A stretch of DNA of 61,337 nt from the NCBI RefSeq assembly GCF_006345805.1, contig NW_021832144.1, positions 1 through 61,337 on the forward strand, written 5' to 3'. A model generated the notes under the pieces. It worked only from the letters and a program-made list of their open reading frames with translations, had not been told where the DNA came from and made no database searches. The stretch is from Octopus sinensis. Its lineage: Eukaryota. The position numbers and the translations under genes were made by a program. Below, in pieces: positions 1-11,569 of the stretch (its first letter is position 1; each line of letters starts with the position of its first letter).

Positions 1-970
1 TGTTTGTCAGTGTGTTATTACGTAATAGAATAGTACCTTTCAGATGACTCGGAAGATTTTAATTGAATGTTCTTCTAATAATGATGCTCCGATATTTTCT
101 TTGGCCTGGCACTGCACTGGGAACTATATACTGACCTCCATCGCTCCACCTGGAAACTACGTCATACTTGTGGATACCCGGGTTGATATTTTTGCTCTAT
201 TTCAGGACTCTACGTTTAGACGGATAACGTTAAATTCTTCGGTACAGTACATTTCGTGGGATACTATTAATCCGGAACAGTTTTTTGTTGGAGGGAATGG
301 AGGATGTCTACATCTGGCTGTAAGATTATATTAGAATGATTATTTTGTAGAAAATAAGTGGAGAAATTGTGTTTACACATCAGGGATATAGAGCTGTGGG
401 ATTGCACTGTACGAAGACGGGGATGGCTCTTATTGCCGACTCTCATCGACGAGTCGTATCGTGTAATCTGATCAACATGAGTTTTGACACTCTCTTCCAG
501 GAGGAGAGAAGCATTGTGGCCATGGAACTTGATTCGAAAGAAGAGTACATTGCCCTCACGCTTCATAATTCAGTTCAAAATGAAATATATTGAATAACTA
601 GACTATTAATCTCTGGGATTATAGAGCACGTTCTAAAATACACACTTTCATTGGGACGACTAATTCTGAATATATTGTTAGGTCGTGTGTTGGGGGTTTT
701 GGACAGTCTTTTTATGCTTCCGGAGCTGAGGGTAATATCTGATTTTTTAGGTTAAGATGGAAATGTATATATTTGGAATTTTGGGAAAAGTAAAAAGATT
801 TTTTCTTTGATTGGTCACACTAAAATGGTGAATTCTGTTCATTGGAATCCTGTAAATCCGAGAATGTTGGTTAGTTGTTCGGATGACGAGAAAGTGATAA
901 TTTGGGGACCTGAAAATCTTCCAAAACCAGACCGTTTTATTTTATATTAATCTTGGTAGTTTCTCGTTGA
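1..970 (+). CDS. WDR26: WD40-repeat protein, WDR26-like (3' part, multi-exon, begins before window)
   Basis: The spliced C-terminus reads IVRSCVGGFGQSFYASGAE-DGNVYIWNFGKSKKIFSLIGHTKMVNSVHWNPVNPRMLVSCSDDEKVIIWGP, matching the recalled WDR26 C-terminus (HSCFGG..FIASGSED..VYIW..GHTRTVNCVSWNP...SASDDGTVRIWGP). Short GT-AG introns; probable stop TGA at 968-970. Confidence 0.8.
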
Positions 971-1639
971 GCTTTCTCTATTCCTACGAATAATTCTATA
1001 TATTACTATTAACGGCTTTTTCTATAAAACTCAAATTTTCATTTATTTAATATAAAATAATGTTTTATGTTGCCCATTGAATAGAGTTCAGGAAATTGAG
1101 TTAACTATAGAAGATTCATTAAAAATAGCATTCTTAAATCTCTAAGTATATATTGGGCATCACGAATTTTTAAATCTTCTTGAAATCCCAGTCGTCATTT
1201 TTATAATTTAGGTACTAGTATATAACAAAACTTGGTTATATCGAATACTAAGTTCGCTAAGGAAAATAATGTAAAATATCTTTTAAAACAAATATTCAAG
1301 AATATTTATTTGTAATCAAAATTGTTTCATGAGTGACAGATCTACAGCAGACATAGTTTGACCCCATCGATGGGCATGCGCAAATAATCCAAACTACAAA
1401 AAGGAAATTCACATTATTGGAATCGATCTTTTGATGAATTTTAATTTTTATCAGGAAAAACGTAATAAAAAATTTGAATAAAGAAGATCAGCAGTGTAAA
1501 GGTCAGGATAAATTATATTGTTTAACTTTAATAGAATAAAAGCTTACTTCTAAAAAATAAATGCTGCATTTAACAATCATAGTATAATGTTACATGTTCA
1601 AAAAGTGAATAAAATAATTTTGATTTATTAAGCTATTTA

Positions 1640-3170
1640 TCCATAGAAAGGTGTAAATGTGTCATTTTAGTAGTCTCAGTCTTTTTTCTTATTATGCATA
1701 TTCGCGATGTTATTTCATGCCCCTCTATTTTGGACGACGTATCGTAAAGCGTCAAGATCGTCCCCGTACTTTTAGATTTTTTCCACCTTCTAGAGGTCTC
1801 TGTCCAGTATATCCAGGAGAGTAGTTTTTTGGACATCTACGGAAGAGTGGGCCGTGCGCTTGAAATGTCCTCCATAGCGGTGTTTGTAGGTTTATCCAAC
1901 TCCATCTATAGGATGTTCTAAATAACCTCCATTCGCATTCTGTAATTTCGAGAGAGATTGGTTTGCTTGACGTCCTGACATAACACACTTACTGCTGAGC
2001 CTTGAATGCCATTTGGGGTTAGAGTACGGCCGAAGTTGGTCTCTATGGAACGAGTCTATATTGAGATTTTCCCTATCTGAAAGTTCCATGTTCCGGGATT
2101 AGAGAGAAGATAGTTTTCCGAATAAGAGTCCACATTATTTTTGTATGTTGTCGATTGGTCTTTTTTAAAACTATGGTTTTAATTCTCTCAATACAGCTTC
2201 TAGAATCTAGATATTATGACAAACAGCGAGGAAAGAACGGATGAAGGAATGCGCCCCGATGTTTTTCAATGGCTTAGAGCATATGTTTCGTAGCCTGACC
2301 GATAGGTAGATTTTCGATAAGAGTGCCCATCATTTTTCAGAACATCCATCAATTGCTGATAATTGATCAATTTAAAAGCTTTTGACATATTGATTCCGTA
2401 AATGTTTTTTTGCATTTTTGAACGCTTGAATAATGGAACATCGTTATCTATGGCTCAAAACAATGTCAAAAGTTAAGCTTCCTTCACGAACTCGCTATGA
2501 AAAGCGGATATAAATGGTTTTGTATGATGCTTTATTCTTTGTAGAGTAATAATTGCTAGCACTTTCCGCATGCTATTCATAATAATTACTGCCCTGAAAT
2601 TGGACAAGGGACCAGTATCCCTCCTTTTAGGCATATGGTTGTTTGTTTTTAAACTGGTTCGCAATGAGTACTTGTATGTTTTCACTTCCATACTTAAGTA
2701 GTTCTGGTTCTAGCCAATCTGGTCCTGGACTTGTATTATTTTTAAGTTTCCCAACTCCAATTTTTTGAGATGGCCAGTAAATGCTGTAATTCCTTGCTTC
2801 TGATTTACAAAGTTTCTAAAAGTGGTCGGCAACTAATTCGGCTGCTTCTGCAGAATCTGCTATTCGTGTCCATTTTCGTATTTTACGACTGGATATTGTC
2901 TGTGTTAACGTCCTTGTACTATTCAGATCATCTTCTCGATATTTGTTCTTTTGCAGCTAAGATTCCTTTGTTCAGTTTGTTATCCGTATTTAATTAAGAC
3001 ATTTATTGACAAAAAAACCAGGATAAACGAGTTAATTATAATCCGCGTATCTCCGATTCACTTTGTAAGCGACAGAGATCCTTTTAAAAAAATTCGATCC
3101 TGCCCACGGTGATCGGCCTGGAAGAAAATTTCACCGGGTCAGAGTTTTAGAAGTGCTTTTTGGTGAGAAG
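1640..3170 (-). mobile_element. Decayed non-LTR retrotransposon RT region (RTE-group-like), many stops and frameshifts
   Basis: Minus-strand fragments PGPDWLEPELLKYG, NFRAVIIMNSMRKVLAIITLQRI, GINMSKAFKLIN, DSFHRDQLR, KPISLEITECEWRLF and PKTTLLDILDRDL follow the motif order of LINE RT and C-terminal domains. Ends approximate. Confidence 0.65.
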
Positions 3171-3318
3171 TAGATGCCTCCTTTAATCTAATTATATTGA
3201 AATTCTGCTTCTTAACAATATCAAATGAATGTGATGAACTATCAAATCAGATTTATTAAAAGAAAATCTTTAAAAGATTTTAAGTCTATTCTATATTGGT
3301 AGATTATAGAGATAAAAA

Positions 3319-3390
3319 GCCCAAGTAGCTCAGTGGGAGAGCGTTAGACTGAAGATCTAAAGGTCGTTGGTTCAATTCCGACCTTGGGCA
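3319..3390 (+). tRNA. tRNA-Phe(GAA)
   Basis: GCCCAAG/CTTGGGC acceptor stem, D-arm AGCTCAGTGGGAGAGC, anticodon arm TTAGA-CTGAAGA-TCTAA, T-loop GTTCAATTC; 72 nt. Confidence 0.95.
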
Positions 3391-3459
3391 TAATATTCGT
3401 TTTCTTGATTTTTATTTGTTTTTTAATTTTTTTAGACTAAAAATCATTTAAAAGTAAAA

Positions 3460-3680
3460 AGATAGCTAAGCTAATTAAAGGCCTCACGAGACACCCGGCC
3501 AGCCTCGCGAATGGCGAAGCCGTTCCCTCGGATCACAGCGATCGACAGACGTTCCAGGAGCCAAGAATACTCTCTTGGATCGTGGCTAGTCTTTGAAATC
3601 CGTCGACCGAGCGAGCGAAGGAAGCGGAGTGTCTTGGGGCCGAACTCCACGGCAATTGGAGTAAAGAACAGCGAGTTGGA
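3460..3680 (-). mobile_element. CRE-like REL non-LTR retrotransposon, 3' fragment
   Basis: Encodes FTPIAVE..GPKTLRFLRSLGRRISKTSHDPREYSWLLERLSIAVIRGN; near-identical in nucleotide sequence to the 3' end of the poly(A)-tailed copy at 25023-26098. Confidence 0.8.
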
Positions 3681-4182
3681 GTTTAGTTTTTTATAGCAGT
3701 GACAATAAATAAACATTTAGAAATTTTATTATCTATTTTATCTAACAAACGAGATCAATTTTATTTGGACTAATGAGAACATTCTTAGGATCTATTTTGA
3801 ATGGCGCTGCAAACATTTTCATTAATTGCAAAATTTCATCAAAATTCTTAAAATGAATAATTTTGAACGTTTTTTAAGTTTAACAATAAGGGACTGGTAA
3901 TCTTAGTATATTTTTAAAATGAATCGTTGACTTTATTTTTGCTCAGATAATTAAAATGAATCGTATCTTTGAACATTATTTGATCTCTCCAAGTTTTAAT
4001 TTTGCTACAAAAGAAGCATAGATCCACAAATTTAATGGGGAAATTATATTTCCCCTGTATTCACAATTTAACAAGGATAAATGAAATTTAGATCTACATT
4101 TAATAAGGTTTCATATTGATAGCAAAAAAGTGTCTATTTTATAAGGAGTTAATAACTTATGCCTATTTTTCACTAGTTTAAA

Positions 4183-7100
4183 CAGACCAATGTTTAATAA
4201 AAATTAATTATGTAAATTCTATCTTAAATTATTTAAGAATCCAGATCGTCAGTGATTTCTCTTCTTCGCTTGGAAGAAGAGTTTGCAACAAAATTCTCAT
4301 CATTTTCCATTTCTGCGTCAAAGTAATTGTTCAACTGAGTGTCCTCACGACATGCCAGCTCCGCAAGTTGATTGGCGGCAGAGGCGTACTCCTCGTTGTC
4401 TACCTTCATCCCATGTCTGTGTTCAATAAGCATACTCTCTAGAGTCCTCTTCAGCACAACCGACTGGATGTATGTCCTCGTTCCTTCTTCAATGGATAAT
4501 TTGTCCATATGACTTTTAAAGAACTTTGAGACAACTCCATCCCATGTCAAGACAATTGGAATAATCTTCACTTTTGCTTCATAGAGAACCGACAGTTCGT
4601 TTGCAAGCAGGTCATATTTGTGAAATTTCTCCACTTCAACTTGCTTTAAACGGTCTTGCGAGGTAACTCCCACTTCGATTAAATGAATTTCTCTTTTCCT
4701 CTTGTCATAAACGAAGATATCAGGTTTATTGAATTGAACCTTTGTTTCAGTCAGTGAATTGAAGTGTCAACTCTGATTTCGACATTTTGGGTCGACATTG
4801 TTGACACGACTGAATGTCCTTTCAATTTCCTGCTTCGTTTTATTCCATACATTCGACACAAGTGGAGATGAATACACTTTACCACTTCGTTGTGTCTTCG
4901 GAGATAATCACTGTTTAGCATCCTACCACACCGCGTGGCTAGATGGTCAACAGTCTGCCTGCTTTTTTTGCAGTGGACGCATAGTGATCCCGTGTATGCA
5001 AAGAACAAATTCCTATCTTGCAAAAGACAGTACAATGCTTCGCTTCGTGGACCATTGTTCCCTTTCGATAGCCATTGCGAAGAAGTAGATATGTCGACAT
5101 CTGATTCCTCCATACATTTGAACATCACCGAGTGTAGTGATTTACTGTTAATTCGGTTAAGCAAGAGTCTCCTTTGTGCGTCCTTCAGTAACTCAATGGT
5201 CAGATTTTCCCTGCCGACAGCTGCATATTTGGAGACAAGAAATTCTGCGATTGTGGCTAAGTGCCATTTTTTTCCTTTTATTACTCGCAGAATACCCGAC
5301 CTCCGCAGACAGGTAGTCGACTGTTTTTCCAAACTTTTAAGAAACTGGAAGCATTAATTCGCTTTTGAAAGAAATTGAGGCAAGTCCTCTTCAAGGGTCT
5401 TGCGGTCCAAATACAACCTCTCCTTATTTGCAGGCTGGAGGTGTAACTTGAGAGTCGTAAGTAATCGCGGCGTATGTTGGTCAATCTCATCAAATTCGTA
5501 AGGTTCAATATTGATTAGCCCAATATAATAATTATATAGGGATAATGCATATTCATTGATTCCACGAAACAAATTTACAGCATTCAGGTTTGTTTTTGAC
5601 AACATAGTTATCCTCTTCTTGACATTCTCCAATATGGAGTCCATAACTTTATTCTTGAGAACATTACTTCCGCCATCTTCAAGTACACCCAAGTAGCGAT
5701 ATCCGTTGATTCCATCGACAGTCTCACAGCATGATAAAGATTCCACATTAGATGCTGATTTTTCGGAATTCATCTCTAGGCCGACACTTTCAAAAAATCC
5801 ATTAACAGCCTCCATCATTTTGACTAACACATCTTCTTTGAGGGCAACTATTTTCAGATCGTCAATAAAGAAGAAATGATTGGTGGAGTATGTCAACATA
5901 TTGGAATCTTCCCGACTAATTTCGAGTTTGGGAAACATGGAGTTAAGCATCCTGCTTAGGGGATCCATCGCCATAACGAATAGCAGCGGGGACAATGAAT
6001 CTCCTTGGAGTATTCCCCGGCTTAACTTTACTTTCCCAATTCTTTTCCCATCGATATGTAAGTTTACTGTCCACTTCTTGACTATGTTCTTTACAAAGCT
6101 GACAATCCAATGTGGTATTCCAGAGCAATCCAATACGTGGAACAAGAACTCGTGATCAACTGAGTCAAATGCCTTCTTCACATCGACCCAAGCAGAATAG
6201 AGGCCATTTCCATACTCCTTATTTAAGCATTGGTTAATGAGGGCTTGCTCTTTGGCGCCTTGACATTGCTTCCTCGTCCCAAGCTGATTATCTGAGATTA
6301 AGCCAAATGCCTCGATGAAATCGGCCAGTTTGGCATTAACACATTTGGTGACAAGTTTATACAAAGTTGGCATACACGTTATAGGGCGTAAGTCCTTCGG
6401 GGTCTCACACTCACTTTTTTTAGGAATCAAGTAAGTATCGTAACATTAAGTGTAAACCCAGCTATCAGCGTGTACTCTCCATTAATTATTCGGACTATCT
6501 CTTTACACAGAAACCCATGCAAAGAATCCATCTTCTTTAAGAAAAAGTTATACGTTCCGTCGCATCCGCATGCCTTCCAGTCAGGTGCATATTTGAGCAT
6601 ATCCATAATAAAATCACTTGTGAATTGAGGTCGCATGGTTTCACCGCCAGTACACCTCACACCCACAAAATCATAAACTACGGGCCCCATATTTTTCTTG
6701 CTCCAGACATCTTCCCAAAATGATAAGCACTCACCATCACCAAACCCATACAGGGTGGCTTCGTTGCTCGAAGATAAGTTTCGATAAAATCTTCTGCGGT
6801 TTAATTCAAAACACGCATTGTCTTTCCGGAAATTTTTCCTCGAGGAATGGATAGATATCTGTTTCTTTTTGATTCTAATTAGATCATTCAATAGAGTCTC
6901 AATTCTGGTTAGCTCCCCCTTCTTAGACTTCTTATATCCGTAGCGACAGAGAACATCCATTGCCTTTTGCTTTTCTGCCTGAGGCAAGGTTTGTTTGGAG
7001 AAGGAACGAACTGTGTCAATTTCATCTGCTAATTTAGAGATTTTTCTTTCCGTGTTTTCCAACCATGTGCTCTGTGGTCTGGCTCTCGTAGTTAAGGCCA

Positions 7101-7759
7101 AATAAGCACACTGTGCAGCATATAGAATATCGGTAATTTGATTAATATCTTGGGGCGGATCATCTTTTGTAATATGATAAATTGCAGAATTTAATCCAGC
7201 CAGGATATCAGTTTTTACCATCCTTCGTTGCACCTTTGAAGTTGGCTTTCGAGAGTCTCTCTGAATAGACTGAACTTTCCCAATTTGGAATTTGAGTTCC
7301 TCTAGGCAATTTCTGAAACTGGAAATTTCTACGTCCACATCATCTTGCACTCTGGAAGAGTCGCATCTCCCTTGCACATTGTTATTCCGTCTAGCCATGC
7401 TCTTTAGTTGGCATAAACTAGAGCACTTTGCCGAGTACTTCTCATTGAACTTCTCCAGGACAAGGTTCCAACCACCTCTTGGCATCCTTCCAAGTCTTTG
7501 CTTCGCGGCAAGGGCAATCTGAGACACCCATTCGCCTTCAGAGACACCATTGACATTTCCGATGATCGCAGAAAGAGAATGCAAGTTAGTTTTGGCAGCA
7601 TCACCAACAAGATCTTCTTTAACACCATTAGCTCTTGTGGCATTGTGAGGTCCCATAGGCGACGGTCCTGTCTTTTTTAAGTTCTTTTTATTTGCAGGAA
7701 GGCCCGTAGGTTTCGTTTTCCTTAACTGCTTGGAAACGTACATGCACACACCACAACAA
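4183..7759 (-). mobile_element. Near-full-length REL-type non-LTR retrotransposon (R4/NeSL-like): N-terminal domain, RT, CCHC finger, restriction-like endonuclease; frameshifted
   Basis: ORFs 6427-7749, 5354-6430 (LRPITCMPTLYK, WVDVKKAFDSV, GILQGDSLSPLLF, FFIDD, YRYLG), 4751-5332 (CVHCKKSRQTVDHLATRC) and 4233-4673, with KPDIFVYD...IEVG upstream. Perfect 12-bp TSD CACTAGTTTAAA at 4171-4182 and 7760-7771; empty site at 20772-20783. Confidence 0.92.
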
Positions 7760-8451
7760 CACTAGTTTAAATATTAAGGACTGATTTTTAAGTGACGTCT
7801 TTAATATATTGAGTTTTTTTTTCTCGACTTTCAAAGATATAAATTATATAAATCTGAGTGCTTCTTATAATGACATTCAATAGTAAAATTTTTCAATAAA
7901 TTAATGATAAAGCTGCTCCTTTACCATACTTTCAACGAAATGAAAAAAACTTTTCTTCCCATTCTATTTGATATTTTCTATTTTCTTGAGACAATGTTCG
8001 ATATTTCTTTGTTGGCCTAAAATATATCTACAAACACGTGTAGTTAAAATATATTAATTTGATATTCAAAATTTATTTAAAAGTTTGGAAATCGTCCGCA
8101 AAAAAGACTCTCGGGGCCGCACTATCCAATGAAATATATTAATCCAGAAATTTTATAATTTCTTCTCTTCTTTTAGAAGGTAAGTCTTTTGCCAAGTCCA
8201 TTTCATTCATTATCTCTATTAAGGCTTTATTCGCTATATATTATTTAAATTACCGTCTTTAGCGTTTTTAACGAAACAATTTTTATCGACCACGAATTTT
8301 ATAACAAATTCGTACCCATTTTCGACCTTTTTTTATCTTCTCCGATTCTACCTTCCTCGCGATTTTGTGACTTCGGATTTAACTACAGTCAACCCACTCT
8401 ATAGTGAACAAAATGTCCACGTTAAAACATCATGTTCACTATTGTCTATAG

Positions 8452-8502
8452 CAGGGGTCACCAAACTTTTTGCACTCGCAGAACGTAGTTTGGTGATGTC
8501 TG
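8452..8502. mobile_element. 51-bp minimal hAT element
   Basis: Imperfect 15-bp TIRs CAGGGGTCACCAAAC / GTTTGGTGATGTCTG, flanked by a perfect 8-bp TSD GTCTATAG (8444-8451, 8503-8510). Confidence 0.8.
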
Positions 8503-8544
8503 GTCTATAGTGAACACACATTTAACACATTTTATTGACCAAAG

Positions 8545-8784
8545 GACCAGGGTAAGCCAGTTAATTATAATCCCCCGTGATCCCCCGAATCAAGCGAGGG
8601 AGATCCTTCTGAAAGGTTCAATCCTGCTCACAATGATTGGACAGAGACGACGATGTCCCAGGGCCAGAGATCTAGAAGTCCTTTTTCGGTAGGCATTAAG
8701 TGCCTCCTGAGCGTTGCCATATCCAAATGGAATTTTCCAACTGACATGGTGGACCCCATAACGCCACGCTAAATCCGGAAGCAC
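8545..8784 (-). mobile_element. LINE 3' fragment, same family as 61131-61337
   Basis: Shares long blocks with the window end (GAGGGAGATCCTTCTGAAAGGTTCAATCCT; GGCATTAAGTGCCTCCTGAGCGTTGCCATATCC); minus ORF FGYGNAQEALNAYRKRT...RIEPFRRISL. Confidence 0.7.
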
Positions 8785-8855
8785 TCAGATTTATATAATT
8801 TATATCTTTGAAAGTCGAGAAAAAAAACTCAATATATTAAAGACTTCACTTAAAA
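8778..8855 (-). repeat. ~78-bp inverted copy of 7786-7864
   Basis: GAAGCACTCAGATTTATATAATTTATATCTTTGAAAGTCGAG...AGACTTCACTTAAAA is the reverse complement of 7786-7864 with one substitution and one homopolymer indel. Confidence 0.85.
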
Positions 8856-8903
8856 CAAAAAAAAGAAAAAGGAATCAATATAACAATAAAGAATATTAAA
8901 GTA

Positions 8904-10694
8904 TGTCACAGTCCGAATAAAATACACGCCGAATAATTACATTCTTTAATTTTACTGAAATTAAAATTTACACAACAAAATGTTTAATTATTATTAAAAA
9001 TATGATTTTTAATGTAAAATTCATTAACCTTTTTTACTAATTTATATAAACAAAACCAACCACACTCAATTTACGCAGTTAACTTATACGTTTGAATATT
9101 GTTATTCCATTTTAGGTTATCCTAATAAAATTTTCATATAAAATTTATCGTTAATTTAAATAAAAAATTATTTTTATTATGGATTTATGAAAATTAATCA
9201 ATTTTAGCTAATCGAGAAATATGAATTCCGTGTAACCGCTCACCGTCCTCCTTTTCGATAACATAGAGATCATTTCTTCGCTCGACAACAATATACTTAT
9301 TAACATCAAGTCCATCGTACAGCGGATACTGCCGAACATTGGCATCGTTGTCCTGTCTAAAAATTAATTTGACGCTTGAGACCTTAAAAGCACAGTCGTT
9401 CCGACATTGATATTTTCTTCGTCGTATCTCCATTTTCTTTTTCAATCATTTTTTCGCCAGCAATAATTAAGTTTTCTAATGCACTTTCTCGTGCCTCTGA
9501 TAATCCAGTTGAATCATAGGCTAAAAGTTGCTCCATTCCCCCTTCATCAATCCTTCCAGGATTTTCAACACCCATGAATATATAAAAAGGGATTTTTTTG
9601 TCGAAGAATGAATGCTGTTATTGTAATCATACACGATGTCCTTTATGCATTCGCGATATCGTCCAAAACAATTTTGAGAAGAACTTGCCGACGATATCCA
9701 GCGTTTTATGCTTTGATTAAATCTACAAATCGATTTTAAATCATTAACCTTTCGACTTGCCCTTGTACCCAAGGAGCACGAGGCCTCCCACGTACATGTT
9801 TTACCATATTTCGTACATAGAGCATCCATTTGCGAATTGCAAAATTCCCTTCCATTATCAGTGTGTAGAATAAGCGGAGGCCCGACATAATAAAAAATTC
9901 TTTGGAATAAATCTGCGATTTCTTCAGAAGATTTGGTCACCGACAGTTCAAGCATTACATATTTGGAAAAGAATCCACAAATACCAAAATCTATTTATTA
10001 ACATTAAATTCATACCCAGCTAAAGCCATCATTCAACGCCGAATATCTTCTGAGGTCAATTAAATCCGCAATGTATCTGTCCCTACATCTCCTTGCAATG
10101 ATTGGCGTAATCGGAGGCTTCGTAGACAATAATTTTTTCGACTAGAATATTTACTAAAAGGAGTTATTACCTGACAGAAAGCACAATTCGAAATCACCTT
10201 AGAGATTTCTTCTCTATTCAATCCATAATAGAGATTTCTTAATTTCGAAAAAAGCCGGTCTCTCCCAAAGTGGTTATAGTTATGTTCCGCCTAAATTTTA
10301 TTTATTAAGTTGGACCTCAACGCACTTAAGCTTTAATTCGATTTCATCTTCACAGAAAAAACGCAATTTAAGCCCATTTTTTCGAAAATATGTTTTTCCA
10401 TTTTCAAAATGGAAATTCTTTCCCAATTTTGTGAGCCTGTATCGCTCATGCCGCTCGATTGACGATGTATCAAAGTTGGAGTCTTTCATTTCTTTGATTT
10501 TGTCCAGTGTTTCCTTAAATAATCTCACTACACGCATGTTTCACGCTTTTTTAAATAAAAAATAATAATGTGATTCTACTAAAATAAATAATCAATTATT
10601 GATTTTTTTCATACTAATTTTTAGATTTCTAATTTTTTCAGCCATTTGTGACAAGTGTAGATTATTCGGCGTGTATTTTATTCGGACTGTCACA
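8904..10694 (-). mobile_element. Ginger-like (integrase-type DDE) DNA transposon with intron-containing, frameshifted transposase
   Basis: 34-bp TIRs TGTCACAGTCCGAATAAAATACACGCCGAATAAT (one mismatch) with TGT...ACA ends; H2C2-like NHFGRDRLF...CAFCQ; catalytic-like ADLID, LHTDNGREF, QGQVER; introns at 10142-10170, 9991-10015 and 9723-9748. Confidence 0.85.
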
Positions 10695-10737
10695 TATTAT
10701 TCAAATTTATTAATAAGTTTTCGCGTCGAATGACTAT

Positions 10738-11290
10738 ATGGATTTCATTTTATGTTTCACTTGTCTAATTCTGACAACGAGTGTAATTGACTATCAGAAA
10801 ACTTTCCAACTGGATTGTGCCAACTTTAACTTCAAACTGAACTATAATCAGGGCTGTTTAATCCTGCAATCTGCCAGTTCTCGTTATGAAGATATTGTCT
10901 TGAACACCCGACTCAGTCCCCTACAAGAGCACAGTGCACCCAAACATGAGCAAAGTATATATTTGGTGGATTAATTCATAAGGGAGCCTATAGCAAGGAA
11001 TTGGTTTATACGCCAGACGATATCAAGGAGATTGTTCAATATGCGGCCTTAAGGGGGATTAGGGTCATCCCTCAGTTTAATTTGTTTGGTAAAAGTCTCA
11101 CTAATATAACAGATGATCTATTTCCGTTGCGCAAAAATACCTGACATAGTATTATCCAACGGAATTATGAACTATCGAATAATAAAAATCCACCACTTTC
11201 TTATTGAAATTAATAGACGAGTTAGAACAACTATTTCCAGACGAATATTTTACGTGAAAATGCCAAAATTCCCGTACCTAATTTTTTTCA
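10738..11290 (+). pseudogene. Beta-hexosaminidase (GH20, HEXA/HEXB-like) fragment
   Basis: GCLILQSASSRYEDIV (N-terminal domain-like), KGAYSKELVYTPDDIKEIVQYAALRGIRVIPQFN (cf. HEXB GSYS..[26 protein letters not shown]) and LIDELEQLFPDEYF; large internal deletions, no catalytic HxGGDE. Confidence 0.75.
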
Positions 11291-11569
11291 TTTCATTGAC
11301 AGAATGTTTGTTTTAAAAAGTCACTTTTAAAGCAAATAAATAAACCGCAAAATTATATATGATCCAACCCCTACTTCGGTGATGACCCTCACGAGCCTTT
11401 GAGATATTATTATGACGGGGACCGTAATCAGGACATTTTTCTTATTGTTTCAGTCTGACACGATGATCTAAAAGGAGAAAAATCAGAATCAACCGGTAAA
11501 TTTAACGGGGAATCAGGACGTTTTGTACAGAGTTCAAATAAAATAATTTTGAAAAATCTAAAAAGACTA

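Noticed and set aside
4798-7680. Plus-strand ORFs overlapping the retrotransposon
   Set aside because: Antisense shadows of a GC-richer coding strand; no recognisable motifs.
8899-8903. Matching TSD for the Ginger-like element at its left end
   Set aside because: The left flank AAGTA does not match the right flank TATTA beyond a TA, which is expected if the right end was moved by the inversion.
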